A DNA stretch of 64,000 nt, taken from Anaerolineae bacterium. Its GTDB lineage: Bacteria; Chloroflexota; Anaerolineae; S140-20. Within the stretch, counting starts at the first letter, position 1. Every line of letters starts with the position of its first letter. Position numbers and translations under genes: made by a program. Under the pieces are notes generated by a model. It was not told the DNA's origin and searched no databases. It saw only the letters and a list, made by a program, of their open reading frames with translations. Where the stretch lies: contig JALUTT010000056.1 in assembly GCA_027021705.1 (NCBI GenBank), positions 1 to 64,000 of the forward strand. The letters run 5' to 3'. Below, one piece after another: positions 28,506 through 37,522 of this stretch.

Positions 28506-30539
28506 ATGGCAAAAGTCATCGGCCACCTCAACGAGCGAGCAACTTATGGGGAGAGGCTAGTCCTCGAAAAGCTCAAGGCGTTTCTGCCCGCCGATTTTTA
28601 TGTCTACGTCGAGTGTCCAATCACCTATGGCCCTGGACAACGCTTTCCCGACTTCATTGTGGTATGCAACATGGGGGTCTTCGTGCTGGAGGTCAAAGAT
28701 TGGACCCAAGTCGTCGAGGCCGATCCCCGCCACGCGAAGATCATTCGCAAAAACGGGAGAGTCGCCCTAGAAAGAAATCCTGTGCTGATAGCCAGGGAGT
28801 ATGCCCTTCAGCTTAAGGACGCCCTCAGAAAAGAGGCAAAGGGAGCAGAGGTTAAAGTTCCCTGGGGGTATGCGGCCGTGCTCCCCAATCTCCCCACCGC
28901 TCGGATTACCCAGCTTGCCAAAGTGTGGGGCGAAAGCTACCTCTTCGGCAAGGCCGACCTGGGGCCGGATCGGTTGACCAAGCGATTAAGGAAGACCTTG
29001 CCGCCCCACGCCAAGCCCATCAAGCGGCGTGAGATCCAGTACGTGCGCAGCGTGGTCTATCCTATCGTTCGGATCAAGCCGGCGACGGCGACGACTCCAC
29101 CGGTCAACTTGGACGATACCCAGGTGGAAATCGTCACGGAACCCCCTCGCCCCCAAGTGAGGAAGGAGAAGAAAGCTCCTCTTCCTGCTCAGCAGAGCCT
29201 CATCCCGGCTCAAGAGCCGGAGCAAGCCCCAGAGAGCCTTCCTCCTTTAGGGGAAGAGATCATCCCCAATGCAGCAATCCGCCTGGTTCGGGGAGTCGCC
29301 GGCAGCGGCAAGACCTTGGTGCTCACCCGCCGTGCCCAGTTCCTGGCAGCCCAGCATCCCGAATGGCGTCTCTGTGTGCTCTCGTACAACAAGGATTTGG
29401 CCAGCCTCCTCCAAGCCGACCTGAAGGGCCTGCCCCAGGTCAAAGTCACCACCTTCCACACCTTGTGTAAGGGGCTCCTGGACACGTGGAAGGAACCCAA
29501 CGACCCCGAGGGGTGGATCAACCGCCATATCGAGCAGTGGCCTATTGCCCGCCACCTCGGCGTCGGCTTCGTGAGTGAGGAAATTCGGTGGATTAAAGAA
29601 GTGGGGATTCCCGACCGCCAGACCTACCTCCAGGCGCAACGCCGAGGGCGCGGGCGGTCTCTGTCTCCGGCCCGACGACAACAGATTTACGAGCTCCTCG
29701 AGGCCTACCAAGCGTGGTTGGACCGGAAACGGACCTTCGACTGGGCCGACGTGCCCTATCTGGTCCTCAAGGCGATGGACGAGGGGAGAATCCCAACGGG
29801 CATCTATGATGCAATCCTTGTTGATGAGGCTCAAGACTTCGCACCTACGTGGATCAAGGTACTCAAGCGCCTTCTGAAGAAGGAAGGCGTGTTCTTCTTG
29901 GCCGACGATCCTTCCCAAGGCATCTACCGCTACTACAGTTGGCGGGAGAAGGGGGTCCACGTGGTGGGGAGAACCCGGTGGCTGCGTGTTCCCTACCGCA
30001 ACACCCGACAGATCTATCAAGCGGCTTATGAGGTCATCCGGAGCGATGAGGTGTTACGCCGCCAATTGATGGAAGGAGAAAAGCTGGCCGTTGTCGAGCC
30101 GGACCTGGAGGGAGAGTACCTGCGTTCTGGCCCCCTGCCCGAGCTACGCCGGTTTGACTCTGTCCAAGGGGAGATCCGGTTCATCCGGAGCCAGGTAGAG
30201 CACCTGCTCCAACAGGGGCTCCGAGCCGAGAAGATCGCCGTCCTCCACAGGCGCAGCGCTGGCGTGAAACACCTGAGGCACCACTTGAGAGGACTAGGCA
30301 TCTACATCTCAACCTTCCACGCGCCGAAGGGCCTAGAGTTCGAAGTCGTCTTTCTGAGCCAGATGCAAAAGACCTTTGACGGCTTCCAGGACGCCTCGGA
30401 GGAAAGTCTTTCCAAGGAACGCAGACTTGTCTATATGGCGATGACCCGGGCGCGTGAGCAGCTGTATCTGAACTACGAAGGGCGTTGGCCCGAGCCCCTC
30501 AAAGGGGTGCTGAAATTTGTGAAGCAGGCGCTGCCATGA
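28506..30539 (+). CDS. NERD nuclease-domain / UvrD-like SF1 helicase fusion
   Basis: PDFIVV...LEVKDW, Walker A GVAGSGKT, DEAQD, KGLEF, YMAMTRAR. Confidence 0.9.
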   Translation: MAKVIGHLNERATYGERLVLEKLKAFLPADFYVYVECPITYGPGQRFPDFIVVCNMGVFVLEVKDWTQVVEADPRHAKIIRKNGRVALERNPVLIAREYALQLKDALRKEAKGAEVKVPWGYAAVLPNLPTARITQLAKVWGESYLFGKADLGPDRLTKRLRKTLPPHAKPIKRREIQYVRSVVYPIVRIKPATATTPPVNLDDTQVEIVTEPPRPQVRKEKKAPLPAQQSLIPAQEPEQAPESLPPLGEEIIPNAAIRLVRGVAGSGKTLVLTRRAQFLAAQHPEWRLCVLSYNKDLASLLQADLKGLPQVKVTTFHTLCKGLLDTWKEPNDPEGWINRHIEQWPIARHLGVGFVSEEIRWIKEVGIPDRQTYLQAQRRGRGRSLSPARRQQIYELLEAYQAWLDRKRTFDWADVPYLVLKAMDEGRIPTGIYDAILVDEAQDFAPTWIKVLKRLLKKEGVFFLADDPSQGIYRYYSWREKGVHVVGRTRWLRVPYRNTRQIYQAAYEVIRSDEVLRRQLMEGEKLAVVEPDLEGEYLRSGPLPELRRFDSVQGEIRFIRSQVEHLLQQGLRAEKIAVLHRRSAGVKHLRHHLRGLGIYISTFHAPKGLEFEVVFLSQMQKTFDGFQDASEESLSKERRLVYMAMTRAREQLYLNYEGRWPEPLKGVLKFVKQALP

Positions 30540-30640
30540 CCGACAATCCCTACGTGCATAAGGAGGGCACCGGCTACGGCCCAACAACTCTTGCCCACCG
30601 TTGCCGTCCCAGTCGCGAAACGTGGAGAGGAGAACGACCT

Positions 30641-31654
30641 ATGAGCACCCTGTACCGTCGTAGAACCCGGAGAAAGAAGGCCGGAATCATCGGGAGATCG
30701 TTGGGACTGTTCCTCCTGTTCCTGCTCCTAGGAGGGCTCCTGCTCAGCCCCCCGGTGGGAGCGGCTGGGGTCCCGCAGGGCACACCGCCCCCTCGCCCTA
30801 CGCTGACACCGACGCCCACGGCCACGTTGACGCCAACCCCCACCATCCCCGTCTCCATCACGCCCACCTCCACCCCGTCCCCTCTGGAGGCCCAGGCCTC
30901 CTTCCCCAGCCTCCAGGGACGGGTGATCAACCTGGCCGACGGCACCGGAGTGGCCGGCGTCCCCGTCAAGCTGGTAGGGGTGGACAACTGGTCGGTGGAG
31001 GCAACTACAGACGCGGAGGGTAACTACGCCTTCGGTCGGCTGGGATATGACGTGGGACTGCTCAACATCGTCCTGGAAGAGGGGAACGGCCTGGAGCCGG
31101 TGACTCAGGACATCGCCATCGTGCCGCGTCCCGAACTCGGCCTCGTCGTCAATCTGGGCGTCCGGGGGGACAACGCCGGTCCCCTCCCCCTGGTCCCCAG
31201 CCTGGAGGTGAGCCGCCGGACCGTGAACCAGGGCGACGTCGTCACCTTCACCGTCCGGGTGCAGAATGATCTAGAAACCAAGGTCTCCGGGGTCATGGTC
31301 ACCGACCTGCTGCCCCAGGGCCTTGCCCTCTCCGGCGTGCGGACCAGTCGGGGCGATCCCTTCACCCAGGGCAACTACGCCGCCGCCTACGTCGGTGACC
31401 TGGGACCCGGCGAGGAGGTGGTGGTGGAGATCGTCGCCGACGTGACCGATGGAGCCTTCTCGCCAGTGGTCAACCGGGTGTCGCTCATCTATCGGGAGCA
31501 CGCTGCAGCCCAGGCGACCGTCCAACTGAACGTGCACGGGGCCCAGCCGGCGATGCTGCCGGTGACCGGCTTTGGCCTGCCCCTGGCGGGCATTGTCCTG
31601 GCGGCGGCGCTCCTTCTCTTCGGGTGGCTACGTCGCCGGGCAGCGGCGGTCTGA
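30641..31654 (+). CDS. Pro/Thr-rich DUF11 protein with LPxTG sortase signal
   Basis: Signal peptide, PT linker, DUF11 domain, LPVTG-TM-RRR tail. Confidence 0.85.
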   Translation: MSTLYRRRTRRKKAGIIGRSLGLFLLFLLLGGLLLSPPVGAAGVPQGTPPPRPTLTPTPTATLTPTPTIPVSITPTSTPSPLEAQASFPSLQGRVINLADGTGVAGVPVKLVGVDNWSVEATTDAEGNYAFGRLGYDVGLLNIVLEEGNGLEPVTQDIAIVPRPELGLVVNLGVRGDNAGPLPLVPSLEVSRRTVNQGDVVTFTVRVQNDLETKVSGVMVTDLLPQGLALSGVRTSRGDPFTQGNYAAAYVGDLGPGEEVVVEIVADVTDGAFSPVVNRVSLIYREHAAAQATVQLNVHGAQPAMLPVTGFGLPLAGIVLAAALLLFGWLRRRAAAV

Positions 31655-31847
31655 CCCTTTCTTGAGGATTGCCCAAGCACCTGAATCACCGAGACACCGA
31701 AAGGGATGAGGCTACTGAGATTTCCCCTGCCTCGGTGCCTCAAGCCGTAGGGAGCCCTCCCGCAGGCCCAGCCCGGCCCGAGCTTCCTCCCAGGAGGGTG
31801 GTCGGGCCGGGGGGACATGGCCCCCGGCGGGGGGCCTGCGGGAGGAC

Positions 31848-32975
31848 CTAGTTTCGGCCCCAGCGCGTCCGCAGGCAGTAGTCCACCACGCGGGGGTAGT
31901 AATCGGCGATGGAGGGCAGCCTGATTCCCGACCCCTCCAGGGCACGCCGGGCGTGGGTCGTGTCGAAGGCTTTGGGCAACGCCATGTGGGGGATGAAGTG
32001 GCTCAGCGCCGCCAGGGCCTGGGCCTCCCGGACCCGACCTGCCCGTTCCGCCTCCCGCCTCAGCGCCTCGAAGCGCTCCAGGTCCACGATGGCCGGCCGC
32101 CGCACCTCCCGGCTCCCCCGCCGGTAGGGGGAGGTGTGCAGGCAGCGCACCGTCACATCCACCAGCTCGCCCAGCGTCAGGGAGCCCTCAGTGCCGGCGC
32201 AGAGATGATAGGTCATCCCCGGCCCGAAGCGCCGGTGCACCAGGTAGTGCAGGGCATCGGCCAGCCAATCCACGGGAATCAGGTCCACAGGACCATCGGG
32301 GTCCCCCGGCAGGGCCGGCACCAGGTTGCTGGCAAGGAGGCGCAAGGTTTGGTGCAGGAAGTTGAACTGGCGCACCTCGCCCGTCCGGGAGTCCCCGATG
32401 AGGCTGCTGGAGCGGTAGACGGCGATGGGCAAGTCCCCCATCAGCCCCCGCAAGTAGACCTCCGCCTCGTACTTGGTCTGCTCGTAGGTGTTGACGAAGC
32501 CGGCCTGGTGAACCAGCTCCTCTTCCAGGATGCGGCCCACCCGCCGGCCGGCGACGTGGGCTGTGCTGACGTGGGCGACGGCCTCCACCCGCCGCCAGCG
32601 GCGCACCTGGTCCATCAGGTTCACCACCCCCAGCAGGTTGACCTGTCGGGACTCGGCCAGGGGCCGACCGAAGTGGATGTCGGTGGCGCAGTGGACCACG
32701 TGGGTAACCCGCCGGCAGAGCTCCGCGCGGACCTCCGGCGACAGTCCCAGGTCGGGAGCCGTCACGTCGCCGCGCACCGGCGTGATCCGGTCAAGGCGCT
32801 CCGCCGGGGAGAGCCCCAGCGAGGCCAGGAGGTTTCGGAACCGGCCTGCCAGGTCCGCGTCGGAAGGGGCGCGGATCAGGGCGTAGACGTGGGCGTCACC
32901 GGCCCTCAGGTAGCGGCGCAACAGCTCGCTGCCCACCAGGCCGGTGGCTCCCGTGAGGAAGACGACGGGTTGCAT
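31848..32975 (-). CDS. extended SDR, NAD_binding_4 (thioester reductase / fatty acyl-CoA reductase-like)
   Basis: FLTGATGLVG, HVSTA, YEQTK, DLIPVD; ATG 32975 preceded by GAGG. Confidence 0.88.
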   Translation of the reverse strand: MQPVVFLTGATGLVGSELLRRYLRAGDAHVYALIRAPSDADLAGRFRNLLASLGLSPAERLDRITPVRGDVTAPDLGLSPEVRAELCRRVTHVVHCATDIHFGRPLAESRQVNLLGVVNLMDQVRRWRRVEAVAHVSTAHVAGRRVGRILEEELVHQAGFVNTYEQTKYEAEVYLRGLMGDLPIAVYRSSSLIGDSRTGEVRQFNFLHQTLRLLASNLVPALPGDPDGPVDLIPVDWLADALHYLVHRRFGPGMTYHLCAGTEGSLTLGELVDVTVRCLHTSPYRRGSREVRRPAIVDLERFEALRREAERAGRVREAQALAALSHFIPHMALPKAFDTTHARRALEGSGIRLPSIADYYPRVVDYCLRTRWGRN

Positions 32976-33063
32976 AGGCCACACCTCTCTGGATGCCGGG
33001 CGCTTGCGATCGCGGATCGCTCGAAGGCGCGTCCGGCGGTTCGTCCTACCGCAATCCGCCGGG

Positions 33064-33182
33064 ATTATACCTGCAACAGGGACGAAGGACAACCCGCAGG
33101 GACCCTCCCGCGGGTTCTCCCCACGGCACCGCGTGACCTGTGGGAGGGCGAGTTTGACTTTCCCGCCAAACGGATGCATAAT
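33064..33182. promoter_or_regulatory. divergent sigma70-type promoter pair
   Basis: Minus strand TTGTCC-17-TATAAT (33092-33064); plus strand TTGACT-17-CATAAT (33154-33182). Confidence 0.7.
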
Positions 33183-33206
33183 TTGCCTGCAAGGGATCAC
33201 ACAGCT

Positions 33207-34097
33207 ATGGACCACATAACCCTCTCCCCCACAGACGACTATCGGCACAGCCTGGAACCCGGTCAGCACGAAGCCTTCTACTTCCTCTTCACCGCTCAGG
33301 ACGGAGCGGTGTACGGCTTCCTGAGAACCCTCTTCGACCAGAAGACAGTGTTGGAGATGGCCGTTCTCCATTCCGGCGAGCGGACCTGGGCCTACCAGCG
33401 CCGTATCCCGCTCTCCGATACCCCGCCATCTCCCGGCGATGCTTCCGGTGACGCTCTGACGTTGACCTGTCTGGAGCCCTGGCAGTCGTGGCGCTGCCGC
33501 TTCCAGGGAACGGTGCGGGACGTGGCAGGGGAAGGGACGATGCCCGTCACGGTGGACCTGACCTTCGCCGCCATCAACGACCCGGCCCTCTACTCGTTCG
33601 GCCCCTACCACCAGGTCCAGCAAGACGGCCACGTCAGGGGTCAGCTTCAGATCGGGAGCCAGATATGGACGGGTGAGATGGTCTGCTGCCGCGACCGCAG
33701 TTGGGGGGTACGACCGATGGGCGTGGCCCTGAGGTGGACCCTGGCCTCCGTCCCCGACCGCCTCTACGCCGTGGTCGTGGAGACGCGGCAGGGGCCGGCT
33801 GGCTTTGGGCGCTTCCGCACGCCCGATGGTCCGTTCCGCCCCGTGCATCTCCTTCAGGTCGCCGCCACGGACGGAGGGTGGCGTCTGGAGGACCCGACAG
33901 CCGGACTGGCCGCCTGGCACGTACAGCGTATCGTCCCACCCCTGGTGGGCTACTTGGGCCCGGCAGGCCAGGAGGAGATGCGCACCGAACCTCGACCGGG
34001 TGACCTGCTGCGCGATGAACTGGGACCGGCCCTCTTCACCTCTCCCGAAGGGAAACGTTTGATCGGCTTTCTCGAACAGGCAGAGGGGCTGACATGA
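33207..34097 (+). CDS. hypothetical beta-rich protein (tocopherol cyclase/AttH-like double barrel)
   Basis: EAFYFLF, LTCLEPWQSW, HxxQxG, RDRSWGVR motifs; coupled to next gene by ATGA. Confidence 0.6.
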   Translation: MDHITLSPTDDYRHSLEPGQHEAFYFLFTAQDGAVYGFLRTLFDQKTVLEMAVLHSGERTWAYQRRIPLSDTPPSPGDASGDALTLTCLEPWQSWRCRFQGTVRDVAGEGTMPVTVDLTFAAINDPALYSFGPYHQVQQDGHVRGQLQIGSQIWTGEMVCCRDRSWGVRPMGVALRWTLASVPDRLYAVVVETRQGPAGFGRFRTPDGPFRPVHLLQVAATDGGWRLEDPTAGLAAWHVQRIVPPLVGYLGPAGQEEMRTEPRPGDLLRDELGPALFTSPEGKRLIGFLEQAEGLT

Positions 34098-35746
34098 CCG
34101 AATGGCTGCTGAGCGGCCACAACACTCAGGAATCCTTTGACATCACCCGGCCCGCGATCCTGACGATGGGTGAGGCCACCCTGGACGACCAGATCACCTG
34201 GTTTGTGGAGCAGTTGGCCGGGGATACCTCAGACCTCGATCCCACGTTGAAGCCCTCGGCCTTCGTCCAAGGCCGCTGTTACTTGAACATCGGCTACTTC
34301 GTGCGCAACATGGGGGCCGTCCTTCCCTTCGCCCCCGAGTCGGTGGGGGTGCCGGCCGACCTGATCCCGGCCAACATGACGCCCCCCGACCCCCCGCTCC
34401 GCCGAAAATTGCTGCTGCCTTGGCGGTTCCGCCGCGCCTATCGCTGGGCGAGCCATTTCTACCGCCACCGTTTCCCCAGGCTGGAACGTCGGCTGCGGGA
34501 GACCTATTGGCAACTGCGAGAGGGGTCTGACGATCCCCTCCCCCTCATCTGGTCCCTCTTCGAGCCCGACTTCTACGCGGAGGCTGAGGATAACTCCCGA
34601 GCCCACATCATCGCCGCACTGACCATCGCCGCACTGGATGGGGTGCTGCGCCAACGGGCGCCCCAGCTGCTCGGCCTCTTCGCCGGCCAGGAGACGACCA
34701 CCTCGCTGCTAGGCCAGCGCATCTGGGAACTGCGTCAGACGGCCGAGACCTGCGGGCCGGAGGTGCACCGGCTGCTCCGAGAGGGCGTGACCGACCTGGC
34801 AGCCTACGAGGCCCTGCCTGCAGCGGCCCCTCTGGTCGAGGGCATCCGCGCCTTCCTCCGCCAGTACGGCCACCGAGGCTTCCGCTACGAGGCCGACTGG
34901 GCGACCGAACGGCTGGCGGACCGGCCCGAGCACGTGCTGCTGGCAATAGCGGGACAACTGAGGGAGGCAGAGCCCCCGGAGGTGCGGGCGGAGGCGGCCC
35001 GCCAGGCGGGGATGGAAGCCCTGCGCCGGATGAACCCCCTCCGGCGAGCCCTTTGGCAGCGGCTCCTCCGCTGGGGACAGCAACTCATCGCCTGGCGAGA
35101 GGCTTCCAAGAGCGTCGGCGCCCTCCGCCAGGCGGCCTACGGGCTGGCAGCCCGGCTGTTGGCCCGCCATTTCTACCCCGACCAGCCCGACGACACGATG
35201 ATGTTCTACACCCTGGAGGAGTTCCTGGCCTTCGTGCGCAGCCAGGGGCAGGAGCGGGTGGATCAAGCAACCCTGGACCGCCGCCGCGCCCAGTTCGAAC
35301 TCTATCGGAACCAACCCCCACCCCCGGAACTGATCTGGTACAACCCCCACACCCGCCACTGGCGACCGGCCCTGGAGGTCGAGGAAGAGACGGCGGCCAC
35401 ACCGGCAACGCGGCTGGAGGGAATTGCGGCAAGCGCGGGAAGCGGGCCGGCCGAGGGAATCGCGGTGGTGACCAACGACCCCCTCGACGCCGGCCGAAGG
35501 CTGCTGGAAATGGAAGAGCCGGTGGTGCTGGTCACCCGGCTGACCGACCCCGCCTGGTCGGGACTCTTCCGGCGACTCAGCGCCGTCGTGACCGAACTGG
35601 GCGGGGTCATCTCCCACGCCGCCATCGTGGCCCGGGAGAACGGCCTCCCCGCCGTCGTCGGCGTCCCTGAGGTCACACGGCTGGTGCGAGATGGACAACG
35701 TCTGCGTGTGGACGGCGCGGCTGGCGTCGTCGAAATCCTGGAATGA
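34094..35746 (+). CDS. PEP-utilising enzyme subunit: substrate-binding plus phospho-His swivel domain (paralogue 1)
   Basis: FLRQYGHRG, LEGIAASAG, VLVTRLTDPAW, ELGGVISHAAIVARENGLPAVVG; no ATP-grasp domain. Confidence 0.88.
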   Translation: MTEWLLSGHNTQESFDITRPAILTMGEATLDDQITWFVEQLAGDTSDLDPTLKPSAFVQGRCYLNIGYFVRNMGAVLPFAPESVGVPADLIPANMTPPDPPLRRKLLLPWRFRRAYRWASHFYRHRFPRLERRLRETYWQLREGSDDPLPLIWSLFEPDFYAEAEDNSRAHIIAALTIAALDGVLRQRAPQLLGLFAGQETTTSLLGQRIWELRQTAETCGPEVHRLLREGVTDLAAYEALPAAAPLVEGIRAFLRQYGHRGFRYEADWATERLADRPEHVLLAIAGQLREAEPPEVRAEAARQAGMEALRRMNPLRRALWQRLLRWGQQLIAWREASKSVGALRQAAYGLAARLLARHFYPDQPDDTMMFYTLEEFLAFVRSQGQERVDQATLDRRRAQFELYRNQPPPPELIWYNPHTRHWRPALEVEEETAATPATRLEGIAASAGSGPAEGIAVVTNDPLDAGRRLLEMEEPVVLVTRLTDPAWSGLFRRLSAVVTELGGVISHAAIVARENGLPAVVGVPEVTRLVRDGQRLRVDGAAGVVEILE

Positions 35747-37430
35747 CGTCCCTTCGCCTTCACCCCTGACGACGCCGGAACGGCGTCGGATTCCAGACAG
35801 ACACGGAGGCCCCTATGACCGAGCAGTCACCAAGCGGATACCCCCCGGGATCGCCGGACCACCCGACGACCGAGTGGCTGCTGAGCGGACACAACACCCA
35901 GGAGTCAACCGGCGTCGCCCGGCCGGTGACCGTGACGATGACCGAGGCCGGGCTGAATGCCCAGATCCGCTGGTTCCTGGGCCAGTTGGCCGGCGATACC
36001 TCAGACTTCGACCCAACCCTGCCTCCCTCGGCCGTCGTCCAGGGCCGGCTCTACCTCAACATCAACTACTACACCCGCAACATGGCCCTGGTGCTTCCCT
36101 TCGACCCCGAATCGGTGGGGGTGCCGGCCGACCTGGTGCAGGATACCGCCCAGATTCCCCGAGGGCGGCTGCTGCGCCTACCCGGTCGCTTCCGCCGCAT
36201 CTACCGTTGGGCGGCCGACTTCTACCGCCGTCGGCTGCCGGAGCTGGACCGCCGGCTGCGCGAGACCTACTGGCAGTTGCGCGAGGAGCCCGACGACGCC
36301 CTCCCCCTCATCTGGTCCCTCTTCGAGCCCGACTTCTACGCCTTCTCCCGGGAGACCGACCGGGCTCACATCGTCATCGCGCTGACCATCACGGCGCTGG
36401 ATGGGGTGCTGCGCCAGCGAGCGCCCCAACTGCTCAGCCTCTTCGCCGGCCAGGAGACGGCAACCTCGCTGATGGGGCAGCGCATCTGGGAACTGCGCCA
36501 GACAGCAGAAGCGTGCGGGCCGGAGGTCCATCGGCTGCTGCAGGAGGGGGTGGCCGATCTGGCAGCCTACGAGGCCCTGCCCGTAGCGACCCCTCTGGTC
36601 GAGGGCATCCGCGCCTTCCTCCGCCAGTACGGTCACCGGGGCTTCCGCTATGAAGCCGATTTCGAGACCGAGCGGCTGGCGGACCGGCCCGAGCACGTGC
36701 TGCTGGCGGTGGCGGGGCAGATGCGGGAAGAAGAGCCCCCGGAGGTGCGGGCGGAGGCGGCCCGCCAGGCGGGGATGGACGCCCTGCGCCGGATGAACCC
36801 CCTCCGGCGAGCCCTTTGGCAGCGGCTCCTCCGCTGGGGACAGCAACTCATCGCCTGGCGCGAGGACTCCAAGAGCAACATCGCGTTGCGTCAGGCCACC
36901 TATGGGCTGGCAGCCCGGCTGTTGGCCCGCCATTTCTACCCCGACCAGCCCGACGACACGATGATGTTCTACACCCTGGAGGAGTTCCTGGCCTTCGTGC
37001 GCAGCCAGGGGCAGGAGCGGGTGGATCAAGCAACCCTGGACCGCCGCCGCGCCCAGTTCGAACTCTATCGGAACCAACCCCCACCCCCGGAACTGATCTG
37101 GTACAACCCCCACACCCGCCACTGGCGACCGGCCCTGGAGGTCGAGGAAGAGACGGCGGCCACACCGGCAACGCGGCTGGAGGGAATTGCGGCAAGCGCG
37201 GGAAGCGGGCCGGCCGAGGGAATCGCGGTGGTGACCAACGACCCCCTCGACGCCGGCCGAAGGCTGCTGGAAATGGAAGAGCCGGTGGTGCTGGTCACCC
37301 GGCTGACCGACCCCGCCTGGTCGGGACTCTTCCGGCGACTCAGCGCCGTCGTGACCGAACTGGGCGGGGTCATCTCCCACGCCGCCATCGTGGCCCGGGA
37401 GAACGGCCTCCCCGCCGTCGTCGGCGTCCC
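35141..37430 (+). repeat. 527-bp direct repeat (35141-35667 and 36904-37430)
   Basis: Appears nucleotide-identical by eye at offset 1763; flanks diverge. Confidence 0.85.
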
Positions 37431-37509
37431 CGACGTGACCCGCCGGGTACGCGACGGGCAGCGCCTGCGTGTAGACGGTGCCACCGGCATCGTCGAGATC
37501 CTGGAGTAA
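35815..37509 (+). CDS. PEP-utilising enzyme subunit: substrate-binding plus phospho-His swivel domain (paralogue 2)
   Basis: Same motifs as paralogue 1; C-terminal third essentially identical. Confidence 0.88.
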   Translation: MTEQSPSGYPPGSPDHPTTEWLLSGHNTQESTGVARPVTVTMTEAGLNAQIRWFLGQLAGDTSDFDPTLPPSAVVQGRLYLNINYYTRNMALVLPFDPESVGVPADLVQDTAQIPRGRLLRLPGRFRRIYRWAADFYRRRLPELDRRLRETYWQLREEPDDALPLIWSLFEPDFYAFSRETDRAHIVIALTITALDGVLRQRAPQLLSLFAGQETATSLMGQRIWELRQTAEACGPEVHRLLQEGVADLAAYEALPVATPLVEGIRAFLRQYGHRGFRYEADFETERLADRPEHVLLAVAGQMREEEPPEVRAEAARQAGMDALRRMNPLRRALWQRLLRWGQQLIAWREDSKSNIALRQATYGLAARLLARHFYPDQPDDTMMFYTLEEFLAFVRSQGQERVDQATLDRRRAQFELYRNQPPPPELIWYNPHTRHWRPALEVEEETAATPATRLEGIAASAGSGPAEGIAVVTNDPLDAGRRLLEMEEPVVLVTRLTDPAWSGLFRRLSAVVTELGGVISHAAIVARENGLPAVVGVPDVTRRVRDGQRLRVDGATGIVEILE

Positions 37510-37522
37510 GGGAGATAGACGG

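Noticed and set aside
31848..34097. Two long overlapping opposite-strand ORFs (690 aa and 714 aa)
   Set aside because: Artefact of open antisense frames in high-GC DNA; the real genes start at 32975 (-) and 33207 (+) with divergent promoters between them
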